Below the pieces are notes generated by a model. It worked only from the letters and a program-made list of their open reading frames with translations. It ran no database searches and had not been told where the DNA came from. This document shows positions 45,614 to 56,190 of a stretch of 64,000 bases of DNA, piece after piece. A program made the position numbers and the translations under genes. Source of the DNA: Thermoproteota archaeon (GTDB taxonomy: Archaea > Korarchaeota > Korarchaeia > Korarchaeales > Korarchaeaceae); contig JALSOH010000006.1 of the NCBI GenBank assembly GCA_026986575.1, forward strand, positions 64,001 to 128,000, written 5' to 3'. Position 1 is the stretch's first letter, and each line of letters starts with the position of its first letter.

Positions 45614-46501
45614 TTAAACCGTTATTAACTCGAACTCCATCCTAGACCCCACTATGGCGAGCAGGTCCTCCATCCTCGAGGGCATTATCAACGCACCTGC
45701 GGCGTTTCTGTGGCCGCCCCCTCCCAATCTCTCAGCTACTTCCAGGGCCGAGAGCGGAGAATCTTCTCGACTCCTTAAGGAGAGCCTCAGAGCCCCATCC
45801 GATCCGGTGGTAATGGTCCCAAAGAACCTATATCTCTTAGCCACTAGTTGTATGACGGGCACTAGGTAGGATGGGAGGCTCTCTATTCTCACCAAGAGAG
45901 CTTCTCCTCCCTCCAAAGATAGTAACTCTTTCAATCGGTCCCCGTACTCCCTCCCTATGAGATCTACTTCCCTCTTCACCGCAGGAAGGTTAATCAGCTC
46001 ATCACTTGTCGTGGGAGGATGTAACAAGAGATCCCTCGCAACTTTGATGAGATCAGACCTCTTTCTCTTGAAGATCTTCCTGATGGCGGCCGTGAAGAGG
46101 GCGGAGGACAGATCTAGGTTACCCGTATCTGTCAGATCTACCAGATCGACAGTATGGGAGAGATCCTCCACTTGAGGTTCGCACTCCCTCAGTATGTCAT
46201 ACAGGAGTCTCGCCGTGGACGGATATTCCGGCCTAAGGAAGGCCGTCCCCGCCCTGTCAAGGAGGTTGAGGTTGGACTCGTGATGGTCCACGAGTATTCT
46301 AGTACCGCCCCTCGGGGGAGGCAGGTCTAGGACAATATCGAAGCTCTCCAGCGACTCCCTTATCTCGTAGGGCGCGGTGAAATGGATCACAAGGTCCTCC
46401 GGATGTATCAATGCGATGAGGGAGGCTGAGAATATACCGTCTAGGTCCTCCCCGTGGCTAGCTACCTTGAGCCTTCCACCCTTCGAGACCAGTTCGAACA
46501 T
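45614..46501 (-). CDS. DHH/DHHA1 family phosphoesterase
   Basis: SHGEDLDG, VLDLP, VDHH, STA, GGGGHRNAAG. Confidence 0.85.
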   Translation of the reverse strand: MFELVSKGGRLKVASHGEDLDGIFSASLIALIHPEDLVIHFTAPYEIRESLESFDIVLDLPPPRGGTRILVDHHESNLNLLDRAGTAFLRPEYPSTARLLYDILRECEPQVEDLSHTVDLVDLTDTGNLDLSSALFTAAIRKIFKRKRSDLIKVARDLLLHPPTTSDELINLPAVKREVDLIGREYGDRLKELLSLEGGEALLVRIESLPSYLVPVIQLVAKRYRFFGTITTGSDGALRLSLRSREDSPLSALEVAERLGGGGHRNAAGALIMPSRMEDLLAIVGSRMEFELITV

Positions 46502-46575
46502 TTCACCGGCTCTCCCCTTCTCGAGTCCATCGCGCATATCGAATTTAAAACATTAACAGGGAGGATGCGTAGAGA

Positions 46576-47046
46576 GTGATGGGACGCAGGGTCTTAGTGG
46601 CCGGCACGTTCGACCTGATTCACGAGGGTCATATCAAGATGCTATGGGAAGCTAAGAAACTCGCTGGCAAAGATGGGGAGCTCGTGGTGGTCATTGCGAG
46701 AGATGATAATGTGAAGAGGTTCAAGGGAAGATTCCCTGTGATAAGAGAGTCATCTAGGGCCTACATTGTGAAAAACCTGAAACCGGTCGACCGTGTCGTT
46801 CTGGGTGAGAAAGAACCTTTAGATTCCATAGTGAAGATAAGACCGGATGTAATAGCCCTAGGATACGATCAATGGGCTGAGGAGAGATGGCTTAAGGAAG
46901 AATTGAGGAAGAGAGGTATGGAGATCGAGGTGGTGAGGCTTCCTAGGTTCGGGGACAGCTCGAGTTCCTCGATAATCGATAAGATACTGAGACTGTTCTG
47001 TTCAGACAAGGAGCCTCGAAATGGCGGAGGAGAGTCTGAGAGCTAG
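46576..47046 (+). CDS. ribL: FAD synthase (cytidylyltransferase family)
   Basis: GTFDLIHEGH, VIARD, PDVIALGYDQ, SSSSII. Confidence 0.8.
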   Translation: MMGRRVLVAGTFDLIHEGHIKMLWEAKKLAGKDGELVVVIARDDNVKRFKGRFPVIRESSRAYIVKNLKPVDRVVLGEKEPLDSIVKIRPDVIALGYDQWAEERWLKEELRKRGMEIEVVRLPRFGDSSSSSIIDKILRLFCSDKEPRNGGGESES

Positions 47047-47466
47047 AGCCTCTGCTTCTCTTCTGTCGACCAAACCATTTTCCACATCTAGCTTGGTCCA
47101 CAGCTCCGCCCCAATTTCCTTGACCTCCTCGCTCCCCCTCCACCTCCTCATGAGGGAGAAGGCTAGATCTATGAGATCCCTAGCTATTCCACACGCGGTC
47201 TCCTGAACTCCATCCTCCGTGTCGTAACACAACCCGACTCCCAGCGGTATCAGGTAAGACAGGCCGCACACCAATGTCTTGAGGTCGCCACCTTTCCAAT
47301 CCCTCAGGTGACCTACTAGCTCGAAGAATAGGTACCTGAGATAGCCCTCGGCCCTGCTTAACTTTCTCACCCTCTCCTTCGGGTCCTCCTCCCTCAAGAG
47401 GTCCTCGACGTAGGAGAGAAATTCCTCGTTCACCTCGTAGACGCAGGAGTTCACATCTTCAACCAT
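47002..47466 (-). CDS. Hypothetical alpha-helical protein
   Basis: open frame with typical codon usage; no recognised motif. Confidence 0.55.
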   Translation of the reverse strand: MVEDVNSCVYEVNEEFLSYVEDLLREEDPKERVRKLSRAEGYLRYLFFELVGHLRDWKGGDLKTLVCGLSYLIPLGVGLCYDTEDGVQETACGIARDLIDLAFSLMRRWRGSEEVKEIGAELWTKLDVENGLVDRREAEALALRLSSAISRLLV

Positions 47467-47530
47467 GGTGATCCATGCTGAATTGAGCACAGGCTTAAAA
47501 TTCTTGATAGCGCCATTTGCGGGAGCGGAT

Positions 47531-49210
47531 ATGAGGTGGATAGTGGCCTCGGCTTGGCCCTACATAAATGCTGTGCCCCATCTGGGCACCCTCATCCAAG
47601 TCCTCTCTTCCGATGTGTACGCTAGGTACAGGAGGAAGAAAGGGGACTCAGTGGTCTTCGTATCAGGTTCCGACGAGCACGGAACTCCCATAGAAATAGA
47701 GGCTATAAGGAAAGGAATAAGTCCGAAGGAGCTCACGGACAAGATGCACTCCTACGTCTCGGATCTCTTCAATAGGTTCGGAATAAGCTACGACAACTAC
47801 ACGAGAACGGAGAGCCCCACTCATGTGAAGTTCGTTCAGGAGTTCTACATGAGGATCTACGAGAACGGGCACATCTTCGAGAAAGAGACGGAACAGCTTT
47901 ACTGCCCCAACGACAAGATGTTCCTGCCAGACAGGTTCGTGATCGGGACATGCCCCTACTGCGGATACGAGAAAGCCCACGGCGACCAGTGCGATAAGTG
48001 CGGGAGGCTTCTGAACCCGACCGACTTGATCAACCCGAGGTGTGCCATATGCGGTGCTGAACCGGAACTTAGGAGAACGAAGCACTGGTTCTTCGATCTA
48101 CCCAAATTCTCCGATAAACTCAAGGAGTACATAGAGTCGAACGAGCAGCTTCCAGATAACGCGAGGTCCATGTCCCTCTCAATGATAGAGGACGGACTGA
48201 AACCCAGATCAATAACTAGGGACAACAAGTGGGGTATCCCAGCTCCCTTCCCAGGAGCCGAGGGAAAGACGATCTACGTGTGGATGGAGGCGGTGTTGGG
48301 CTACGTCTCAGCGGTGAAGGAGCACTTCGAGAGACTCGACAAACCGGAGGAGTTCGACGAGTTCTGGAAGGGAAAAGACACCAAATCGATCTACTTCATA
48401 GGGAAGGACAATATACCCTTCCATACCCTGATATTCCCAGCGCTGCTAATGGCCAGTGAAGGAGGGTACGTCCTGCCCTATAATGTGGCCTCCACGGAAT
48501 TCCTCCTCTTCGAAGGGGAGAAATTCTCCAAGAGGGAGAGGATAGGTATATGGCTGGACGAGGCGCTAGCCCTGCTTCCCGCTGATTACTGGCGTTTCTA
48601 CATGATATACATAAGGCCGGAGACAAAGGACGCCAACTTCTCTTGGGACGATATGGTGGCCAAGATCAACGACGAGTTGAATGATACCTTGGGCAATTTG
48701 ATCCACAGAGTACTCTCCTTCATCAAATCGAGGTACAATGGGATCGTTCCAAATGCCCAGCTCGACGAGGAGTCTGAGGAGATGCTGAAGGAAGCTAAGG
48801 AGATAGCTGGTAGGATTGAGGATAACTTAGAGAGGGTCAAGTTGAGGGACGCTCTCAAGGAATTCCTCGAGATGGCGCGGCTCGGAAACAGGTTCTTCAA
48901 CAGCAGGGAGCCTTGGAGGGATATAAAGGAGAACAAACCACGCGCTGACTCCACTGTGGTCGCCTCATTCAATCTGCTGAAGGCGATGGCCTCGTACATG
49001 CACATATTCATGCCCTTCTCGGCTGAGAAGCTATGGAGGATGATGGGTCTTGATGGTGAGCCTGCGCCCTTCTCTGATGCATTCAACATCGTAACCGAGA
49101 TACAGCTGAGAGAAGTGGAGCCATTGTTCCATAAGGTCAATAAGGAGGAGTTGCAGGAAAGGCTGGAGGAGATCCGAGAGAAGGGAGAGGTTCTCTCGGC
49201 TAGAGAATGA
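47531..49210 (+). CDS. metG: Methionine--tRNA ligase (without C-terminal OB domain)
   Basis: SAWPYIN..HLG, SDEHGTPI, Zn knuckle CP.C..C..C, YVW, GKDNIPFH, KFSK. Confidence 0.96.
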   Translation: MRWIVASAWPYINAVPHLGTLIQVLSSDVYARYRRKKGDSVVFVSGSDEHGTPIEIEAIRKGISPKELTDKMHSYVSDLFNRFGISYDNYTRTESPTHVKFVQEFYMRIYENGHIFEKETEQLYCPNDKMFLPDRFVIGTCPYCGYEKAHGDQCDKCGRLLNPTDLINPRCAICGAEPELRRTKHWFFDLPKFSDKLKEYIESNEQLPDNARSMSLSMIEDGLKPRSITRDNKWGIPAPFPGAEGKTIYVWMEAVLGYVSAVKEHFERLDKPEEFDEFWKGKDTKSIYFIGKDNIPFHTLIFPALLMASEGGYVLPYNVASTEFLLFEGEKFSKRERIGIWLDEALALLPADYWRFYMIYIRPETKDANFSWDDMVAKINDELNDTLGNLIHRVLSFIKSRYNGIVPNAQLDEESEEMLKEAKEIAGRIEDNLERVKLRDALKEFLEMARLGNRFFNSREPWRDIKENKPRADSTVVASFNLLKAMASYMHIFMPFSAEKLWRMMGLDGEPAPFSDAFNIVTEIQLREVEPLFHKVNKEELQERLEEIREKGEVLSARE

Positions 49211-49915
49211 TCAGCTCCCCTTCTCCACCCTCACCCTTATCTTGACCTCTCCAGAGGCTATGGGATGTCCCGGCTTCATCGCCTGCACCACTACGATATA
49301 GGTAGTGTTTTCGGTCACATTGGCGCTCCAATCCAAGACGGCCCTGCCCCCGGAATCGGTGTGAGTCACGGAGGTCACTGTGGCGTTTGGGCCCATGGTG
49401 ATGGCTATGAGCTTGGCCCCCTCGACGGGTTTCCCTTCCATCGTTACGGTAGCATATACCTTACTGGAGACGGTGGCGTACTGCTTCTCAGCCGTCACAT
49501 TGATGAAGGCGGACAGGTTTTCCTCCGTCTCTAGGGTAATGTCCAAAGGAGCGCCCCCGAAAACATTGAAGTATGCATCTTCCTCGACGGTACCACCGAG
49601 ATTCGCCACCACTTTCAGTGAATAGTGGCCTATTCTGTACCTTCCTTCATCGATTGAGATGATAGCGCTCACTACTTTGCCCGGCTGCAGGCTCCTGGAC
49701 TCTATGGTCATGTTCCTCTCGAGATCCACAATGTCCACCCTGACGGATGATGGAGGACTGGGAAAAGACAACGTGAACCGTAGTTCTCCCCCTAGGGGGA
49801 CCGTATCCTCGTCAAGAGAGATCTTGAACTTGGGTGCCGTTATCACAGGCCAGGATAGGAGCAGAGCGACAAAGACGAGATTGAGCAGTAGCACTATCTT
49901 GGTCTTGGTCTCCAT
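49211..49915 (-). CDS. Membrane-anchored/secreted protein with Ig-like beta domains
   Basis: N-terminal signal/TM; GKPVEGAK..TDSGGRA pattern; N-x-T sequons. Confidence 0.6.
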   Translation of the reverse strand: METKTKIVLLLNLVFVALLLSWPVITAPKFKISLDEDTVPLGGELRFTLSFPSPPSSVRVDIVDLERNMTIESRSLQPGKVVSAIISIDEGRYRIGHYSLKVVANLGGTVEEDAYFNVFGGAPLDITLETEENLSAFINVTAEKQYATVSSKVYATVTMEGKPVEGAKLIAITMGPNATVTSVTHTDSGGRAVLDWSANVTENTTYIVVVQAMKPGHPIASGEVKIRVRVEKGS

Positions 49916-50001
49916 TCTTCGGTCCCATGGTAGGGAAACCTCCCTTAATTAATGGTTATCGTTCCCACGAACTTTTATTTTCCTCCAGCCGTTTCACCCA
50001 G

Positions 50002-51099
50002 GTGCGTGGTGAACTGATCTCAGGCAAGGGACTGGAAAAGATAGAGAGCCCAAGATACATCATTTTCGGGCCGAATGCTCTGGGAAGGACAGCTGAAATA
50101 CTGAACAGCTTGGGTCTCACCGGGACGGCCGTGGTGGTCAGCGGATCCAGCGTGACGGCCGATGTGGCTAGGGACCTTATCGACATGTTGGAGGGCGACA
50201 TGAAGGTTTACCACGTCGTAGCCCGTCAGGGAGGGATAGACGACGTCCTACATGTTATCAAGGAGGCGGAAGAGAGAAACGCCGACTTCCTAATAGGGGT
50301 GGGAGGCGGTAAACCTCTGGATGTCACTAAGCTAGCAGCAGCTAAGCTGGGGGTTAGATACGCCGTGGTCCCCACCTCAGCGAGTCACGACGGAATCGCA
50401 TCGCCTGCGGTGAATTTCTCCCTGTCAAAACAGGCTGAAACCAGATTTGGTGGGGTTAGAGGGATGGAAGCACCCACAGCGGTGATTGCTGACACTCGAG
50501 TGATAAATAAGGCCCCTCCCGAGACATTCAAATCAGGATTCGGCGACTTGGTGGCCAAGTTCACGGCTGTGAGAGATTGGGAATTGGCTCATAAGCTGAA
50601 GGATGAACCATACAGCGAGTATGCTGCCTCGATGTCACTGCTCAGCGCCAAGATAGCGACAGATCACGCCTCAGAGATAAAGTCGGGATTGGAGGAGTCC
50701 ACTAGGATCTTGGTAAAAGCATTGATAGGCAGTGGCGTGGCCATAAGCATAGCCGGGAGCTCGAGGCCTGCCAGCGGCAGTGAACACATGTTCAGCCACG
50801 CCTTAGATAAGATAGCTGCCAAGGAGGGCGTCAAACCTGCGCCCCACGGGATACAGGTAGCCTTGGGAACGATAATGATGGCCTACCTCCAGGGTCAGGA
50901 CTGGAAATGGATAAGGGAAAAGCTCAGAGAGGCGAGTGTACCAACAACAGCGGAAGAAGCTGGCTTAAGACCTGATCTCGTGGTAAAAGCCCTTACAGTG
51001 GCTCACAGGATAAGGGACAGGTACACCATACTCGGGGTGACTGGGCTCACCCCAACAGCGGCCGAAAAGCTGGCTAGAGCAACTGGAGTAATACGATGA
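50002..51099 (+). CDS. egsA: NAD(P)-dependent glycerol-1-phosphate dehydrogenase
   Basis: GVGGGK..DVTK, PTSASHDGIAS, GDLVAK, SSRPASGSEHMFSHALD, HGIQV, RYTIL; start uncertain (49927-50032). Confidence 0.93.
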   Translation: MRGELISGKGLEKIESPRYIIFGPNALGRTAEILNSLGLTGTAVVVSGSSVTADVARDLIDMLEGDMKVYHVVARQGGIDDVLHVIKEAEERNADFLIGVGGGKPLDVTKLAAAKLGVRYAVVPTSASHDGIASPAVNFSLSKQAETRFGGVRGMEAPTAVIADTRVINKAPPETFKSGFGDLVAKFTAVRDWELAHKLKDEPYSEYAASMSLLSAKIATDHASEIKSGLEESTRILVKALIGSGVAISIAGSSRPASGSEHMFSHALDKIAAKEGVKPAPHGIQVALGTIMMAYLQGQDWKWIREKLREASVPTTAEEAGLRPDLVVKALTVAHRIRDRYTILGVTGLTPTAAEKLARATGVIR

Positions 51100-51751
51100 T
51101 GATAGAGATCAGGACGCTTATCAGAATTATGGAACCCACGAAGGCTGAGGTGAATTTGAGCGAGTACTTGAGGGCATTCTCCCTCTCCAGTCCAATGGTC
51201 ACGGCGTGCACTCTGTAGGAGAGATAGGTGAACCAGCCAAGGGAAGCTAGGGCCAATACTAGGGAGATTATCGGCGGGAAAGACACCAAATACGAGAATA
51301 TCTCTGAAAATACGGTTAATAGGAGACTTCTCCAAGTGGAACCCTCGCATGAGATGACCCTGCCGGGCGATATCATCAGCACCAATGTATTGAGGACTCC
51401 TACAATGGTGAGCGGAAGGGAGCAGAGGGCCATCAGGTAGTGGTATTTCCTGAGCCTCATCCTAGCCCTCCTAGCTACGGAGATTCCCGTGACTACTGAA
51501 GATATCCCCCAGCTCACTGCCGTTATGATCCACATGTAGAGGAGCAGGAGCTGTTTCACATGGATGAACATCGCCACCCTCTCCGTCATGACAGAGGATG
51601 AACAGGCTATCCTCACCCCCAATGTCGATAGAGCCAGAGCATTCACAACCAAGAAGAGGAGGAGAGAGATGGTTGCTGGCAGTAAGCTGGCGTTTAATCC
51701 AAGATCCCTTAACTCCTCCCTCTTGCCTAGCAGGAACCCGAGCAGATTCAT
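51074..51751 (-). CDS. Yip1-like polytopic membrane protein
   Basis: about 5 TM helices in a Yip1-type arrangement; family call tentative. Confidence 0.45.
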   Translation of the reverse strand: MNLLGFLLGKREELRDLGLNASLLPATISLLLFLVVNALALSTLGVRIACSSSVMTERVAMFIHVKQLLLLYMWIITAVSWGISSVVTGISVARRARMRLRKYHYLMALCSLPLTIVGVLNTLVLMISPGRVISCEGSTWRSLLLTVFSEIFSYLVSFPPIISLVLALASLGWFTYLSYRVHAVTIGLERENALKYSLKFTSAFVGSIILISVLISIIIVLLQLL

Positions 51752-53526
51752 GGGTAGTACCTCCCTGTTGCCCTCGCCAGCTGGTCCATCTTGGAGCCAG
51801 GCTTGTTGACCCTAGGTCTGCCTGTGTCGGGATCACGCCTGAAGGTGACATCGACATCCTTTAGGAACTCGTTAAGTCCTTCTCTTGGATCCATGGGCCT
51901 GCTGGCGTGACCCTCAACCCCAGGTTGCCCAGAGAAGACCATAATCCTATCAGCCACCGCCTCTATTGTAAGGAGGTCATGCTCCACGACGATCACAGCC
52001 TTATTCTCCCCTTGAATCCTCCTCCTGATGGACTTCGCTGCCGCGAACCTAGCTTCTACATCTAGGAAAGCACTGGGCTCGTCTATCAGGTAGATATCGG
52101 CCTCTCTACCCAAGCAAGCTGCGATGGCGACCTTCTGAAGCTCCCCACCGCTGAGCTCATCCAAGTACCTGTCCAGCAGCCTCTCTATTCCCAGCCTCTT
52201 AACCACCTCCGCTCTGAAGTACGGGCTTGAGTAGCTAGATCCAGCCACCTTGCGCAGGAGGGACTCCACGGTGCCCTCATATGTAGGCTTCACGTGCTGA
52301 GGCTTGTACGAGACCTTTATGCCCTCGGTCATTACGGTACCCTGATCCGGACTGAGCTCACCCGCTAGCATCCTCACGAAGGTGGTCTTCCCTATTCCAT
52401 TGGGGCCAACCGCCACGACCACCTCTCCGGCGTATACTTCCCCCTCCTCAACGTGGAGGCTGAATCCGTTCAACCTCTTCTCCAAATTGGTGTACACTAC
52501 AACGGGGTTCTCCGAGATCTCGGGGCTGCCTACCCTAGGCAGGAAGGAGATAGGCTCTTCCCTGAATCTGACGTTGTCGTCAGGGAGGTACCCGTCCAAG
52601 AAGATGTTTATTCCCTCCCTAGTGGAATGGGGATGGCTGACCACTCCGTAAACACCGGGTTCTCCGTAAAGTATGTGGACGTAGTCGCTGAGGTAATCCA
52701 ACACCGCCAGATCATGCTCCACCAGCATAACAGATTTACCATCTTCTTGGAGCCTCCTTATCAGCTTAGCGGCCCTCATCCTCTGATAGACATCCAAGTA
52801 GTTGGTCGGCTCGTCCAACACATAGACATCGGCATCCCTCACGTAGGCCGCCGCTAAAGCTAGTCTCTGGAGCTCACCACCGCTCAACCCTCCCACTTCC
52901 CTATCCTTGAGCTTACCCAACCCTAGAATGTCCATCGCTTCATCTAGGACCCCTCTCTCATTCACCTTCTCGAGGACTTCGATGACCCTTCCCTTCACGA
53001 CCCGAGGTATCTTATCTATCCTCTCGGGCTTGTTCACGACCCTTATCTGACCATCAGCGAGTCTCTTCAGATAGTCTTGGAGTTCGGAACCCCTGAAATG
53101 CCTTATCACCTCGTCCCAGTCAGGTTCATCGTCTACCCTGCCTAGGTTGGGCTTTATCCTACCAGATAGAATGGATATGGAGGTGGTCTTGCCCACCCCA
53201 TTCGGACCCACGAGACCCACGATCTTGCTTGGCCTCACTATAGGTAGCCTGAAGAGAGTGAACCCATTCACCCCGTACCTGTGTACTTCCTCACCCTCCA
53301 CTGGGGCAGGTAGGTTAACGACGGAGATGGCGGAGAACGGGCACTTCTTGACGCATATCCCACATCCCGTGCATAGCTCCTCATCTATAACTAGGAGACC
53401 ATCCTCCAGCCTGATGGTCTCCTCAACACCCATTCTGACCTCTGGACAGTACTTTATGCACTCCAAGCCGCACTTGCGCGGGTTACACCTGTCCCTATCT
53501 ACTACGGCTATCCTCCTAGCGGGCAA
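51748..53526 (-). CDS. Ribosome recycling ATPase ABCE1/RLI
   Basis: N-terminal FeS domain C..C..C..CP / CTGCGICVKKCPF, two ABC domains (GPNGVGKT, GPNGIGKT, LSGGELQ), TFRRD..RPRVNK. Confidence 0.97.
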   Translation of the reverse strand: MPARRIAVVDRDRCNPRKCGLECIKYCPEVRMGVEETIRLEDGLLVIDEELCTGCGICVKKCPFSAISVVNLPAPVEGEEVHRYGVNGFTLFRLPIVRPSKIVGLVGPNGVGKTTSISILSGRIKPNLGRVDDEPDWDEVIRHFRGSELQDYLKRLADGQIRVVNKPERIDKIPRVVKGRVIEVLEKVNERGVLDEAMDILGLGKLKDREVGGLSGGELQRLALAAAYVRDADVYVLDEPTNYLDVYQRMRAAKLIRRLQEDGKSVMLVEHDLAVLDYLSDYVHILYGEPGVYGVVSHPHSTREGINIFLDGYLPDDNVRFREEPISFLPRVGSPEISENPVVVYTNLEKRLNGFSLHVEEGEVYAGEVVVAVGPNGIGKTTFVRMLAGELSPDQGTVMTEGIKVSYKPQHVKPTYEGTVESLLRKVAGSSYSSPYFRAEVVKRLGIERLLDRYLDELSGGELQKVAIAACLGREADIYLIDEPSAFLDVEARFAAAKSIRRRIQGENKAVIVVEHDLLTIEAVADRIMVFSGQPGVEGHASRPMDPREGLNEFLKDVDVTFRRDPDTGRPRVNKPGSKMDQLARATGRYYP

Positions 53527-53530
53527 AAAA

Positions 53531-54139
53531 TCACCTCGGGGGGGATACAGATTCCCTCCCGAGGTCGAAGGCTCTCAAATTTAAATCCCTATATCTGGAG
53601 GGAGAGACCTCCTCCAAGGCTTCCCTGAGGACCCCTTCCGGGAAAGGCAGCACCCCGGTGGCCTGAGCGGCTCCTAGCATCACGGTATTCGCGACTATAT
53701 AATCGCCAGCCTTTTTCGCTATGTCGTATGCATTCAGCACCATTATCTTCTTGGGATTGAGGCTCCTCATTAGCTCCAAGATCTCATCAAAGCTTGGTAT
53801 GGGAAATCTCTCCAAGTACGCCCCCACCGGGGGTATAACATGGTTGTTCATAACCACCGTGGTCCTTTCCGAGATGTATGGTGACTGCCTGAGTCCCTCG
53901 AGCGGTTCCAAGGCTATCAGCAGGTCGAGCGTTCCCTCTAGTATAAGGGGGCTGGATACGTCGCTACCAATCCTTAACTCGGTTCTTATAGACCCGTACC
54001 TCTGAGAGAGACCGTGGACCTCGCTCTGGGCGAAGTTGAGGCCTAGCTTGAGTGCGGCTCTAGCTATCACGTTGGTGGTGAACAGGATACCTTGCCCACC
54101 GACTCCAGCAACTATCACATTGAATTCTCGCACGCTCAT
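53531..54139 (-). CDS. iorB: Indolepyruvate:ferredoxin oxidoreductase beta subunit
   Basis: AGVGGQG, SEVHGLSQRYGS, NLRAFDLG. Confidence 0.93.
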   Translation of the reverse strand: MSVREFNVIVAGVGGQGILFTTNVIARAALKLGLNFAQSEVHGLSQRYGSIRTELRIGSDVSSPLILEGTLDLLIALEPLEGLRQSPYISERTTVVMNNHVIPPVGAYLERFPIPSFDEILELMRSLNPKKIMVLNAYDIAKKAGDYIVANTVMLGAAQATGVLPFPEGVLREALEEVSPSRYRDLNLRAFDLGRESVSPPR

Positions 54140-54143
54140 GCTC

Positions 54144-56039
54144 TCACACTCCTATCTTCTGCTCCCTCCAATTGAGTGACCCCTCCTGAGGTTCGAAAGC
54201 TCCGTATGGACAGACGGGAACGCAGGCTCCGCAGCCGAAGCATACTGTCGGATCTATCTCTACCAGAGAGCCAGTGTCCACGAAGGCTGGGCAGGCGAAG
54301 GTGTTTATGCAGACCCTGCAGTAAGTGCACTTGTCGGGGTTCACCCTATAAGGGACTATCTTCTGGCCCTGTCTCCTGAGCTTAGCCACTGTGAGTAGGG
54401 CGCATTCCCTCTTGGTTATCACCACAGAGACACCATCATGCTTCAGGGCCTCTCTTATCGCCTTTTCAGTGGCGGCATGATCGTATGGATCTACTACCTT
54501 GACGTAATCGACGCCTATGGATCGAACGATCTTCTCTATATCTATGGCAGGGGCCTCATCACCCACCGCATTGACCTCCGTACCCGGGTGCGGCTGATGC
54601 CCTGTCATGGCCGTTATCCTGTTGTCCATTATCACAACAGTCATCTTCCTCTTGTTGTGGACCGCATTTATCAGCGCTGGTATGCCAGCGTGGAAGAACG
54701 TGGAATCTCCTATCAGCGCGACCACATCCTGATCCGTGGCCACATCTATACCATTAGCCAAGCCTATGGAGGAGCCCATCGCGTGAGTGACGTGTTCCAC
54801 CCTGAACGGCTTCTGGAATAGCAGAGCGTAACACCCTATATCGCCCATGAACGCGGCCCTTCCCGCGGCCCTTCTGAGGGCGTACCCCGTAGACCTGTGG
54901 GGGCATGCAGGGCACAGGACTGGAGGCCTAGGAGGGACTTTCTTAAGTATTTCTGAGCTTCTCCTATCTATCTCAGCGAAGTTAACTGGGGGAGCGACTC
55001 CCAACGCCTTAGACAGTCCCTCTAGTACTGTTCTCATGGTGTACTCTCCGACCCTAGGCATGTGGCCAGTCAACTTGCCTAGGATCTCAACCTCAGGCGC
55101 GTAGTCCTTGGCTATGACCTTCACCCTCATTTCTAGGTAAGGATCCAGCTCCTCCACTATCAGTGCGGTGTTCACGGAGGATAGGAACTCTCCTATAGAC
55201 TTCTTGGGGAGAGGGAAGGTCATTCCCAGCTTCAGGATCTTGGCATCCACATTAACGAGCTTCAGCGCCTCCTTAGCGTGGGCATAGGCGACACCCGAGG
55301 TTATGACCCCGAACTCCGCATCGGAAGCTCCCTCTACTTTAGTGTAGGAGGGTGCGACATCCAAGGATATCTCCTTGAGCTTACCCAAAAGCTCTGCGTG
55401 ATGCTTCCTAGCTATGGCGCCAACTTGGAGGTACCTGTCGGGCTCTGGGGGAACGAACTTCCCCTTGGAGAAGCCAGCCTTTATCTCCCCTAAGCGAACG
55501 GGACCTCTTTGATGGCTGATCCTAGTCGTCGTCCTCACCATTACGGGTATCCTATACCTGCTGGATAGCTCGAAGGCCTCCTTCGTGAAGTCCTTAGCTT
55601 CCTGAGGGTTGGATGGCTCCAACATAGGTAAACCAACTGACTCGCTGTAATGCCTGTTGTCTTGCTCGTTCTGACTACTGTGAGCATGAGGGTCGTCCGC
55701 TGATACTATGACCATGGCGCCAGTCACTCCCGCGTAGGCTAGGGTGAATATGGCATCAGAGGCAACATTGAAGCCCACGTGCTTCATCATGGTCAAGGCC
55801 TTGAGACCGGACCATGCCGCCCCCATCGCAACCTCCGTGGCGACCTTCTCGTTGGCCGACCACTCGAAGTATATACCCACACGCTTGGCTACTTTGGCTA
55901 GGGCCTCACCTATCTCCGTGCTTGGTGTACCAGGATAGGCCGCGGCGACGTTCAGACCAGCCTCCAAGGCACCCCTTGCGACGGCTTCGTTTCCGAGTAG
56001 CACCTCTATGGTGTTGGCTGGGGCGAGCAGATCTCCCAT
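54144..56039 (-). CDS. iorA: Indolepyruvate:ferredoxin oxidoreductase alpha subunit
   Basis: GNEAVARG, YPGTPSTE, KHVG, RPPVLCPACPH, GDSTFFHAG, C-terminal 2x[4Fe-4S]. Confidence 0.96.
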   Translation of the reverse strand: MGDLLAPANTIEVLLGNEAVARGALEAGLNVAAAYPGTPSTEIGEALAKVAKRVGIYFEWSANEKVATEVAMGAAWSGLKALTMMKHVGFNVASDAIFTLAYAGVTGAMVIVSADDPHAHSSQNEQDNRHYSESVGLPMLEPSNPQEAKDFTKEAFELSSRYRIPVMVRTTTRISHQRGPVRLGEIKAGFSKGKFVPPEPDRYLQVGAIARKHHAELLGKLKEISLDVAPSYTKVEGASDAEFGVITSGVAYAHAKEALKLVNVDAKILKLGMTFPLPKKSIGEFLSSVNTALIVEELDPYLEMRVKVIAKDYAPEVEILGKLTGHMPRVGEYTMRTVLEGLSKALGVAPPVNFAEIDRRSSEILKKVPPRPPVLCPACPHRSTGYALRRAAGRAAFMGDIGCYALLFQKPFRVEHVTHAMGSSIGLANGIDVATDQDVVALIGDSTFFHAGIPALINAVHNKRKMTVVIMDNRITAMTGHQPHPGTEVNAVGDEAPAIDIEKIVRSIGVDYVKVVDPYDHAATEKAIREALKHDGVSVVITKRECALLTVAKLRRQGQKIVPYRVNPDKCTYCRVCINTFACPAFVDTGSLVEIDPTVCFGCGACVPVCPYGAFEPQEGSLNWREQKIGV

Positions 56040-56136
56040 AAAAGCAACCCCATGCAGTAGGCGCTGAGGTAACTTATAATTGTGCGAATACCCTCACACA
56101 TCAGAGTCGGAGTGCATATAACGCTGGAATACAATC

Positions 56137-56152
56137 AAACTGATGACAGTTT
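56137..56152. promoter_or_regulatory. Palindromic candidate operator upstream of iorAB
   Basis: AAACTG-ATGA-CAGTTT perfect 6-bp inverted repeat. Confidence 0.35.
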
Positions 56153-56190
56153 CACGGAATATAGGAAATTGCTTTACTCAATCTAGCCGT

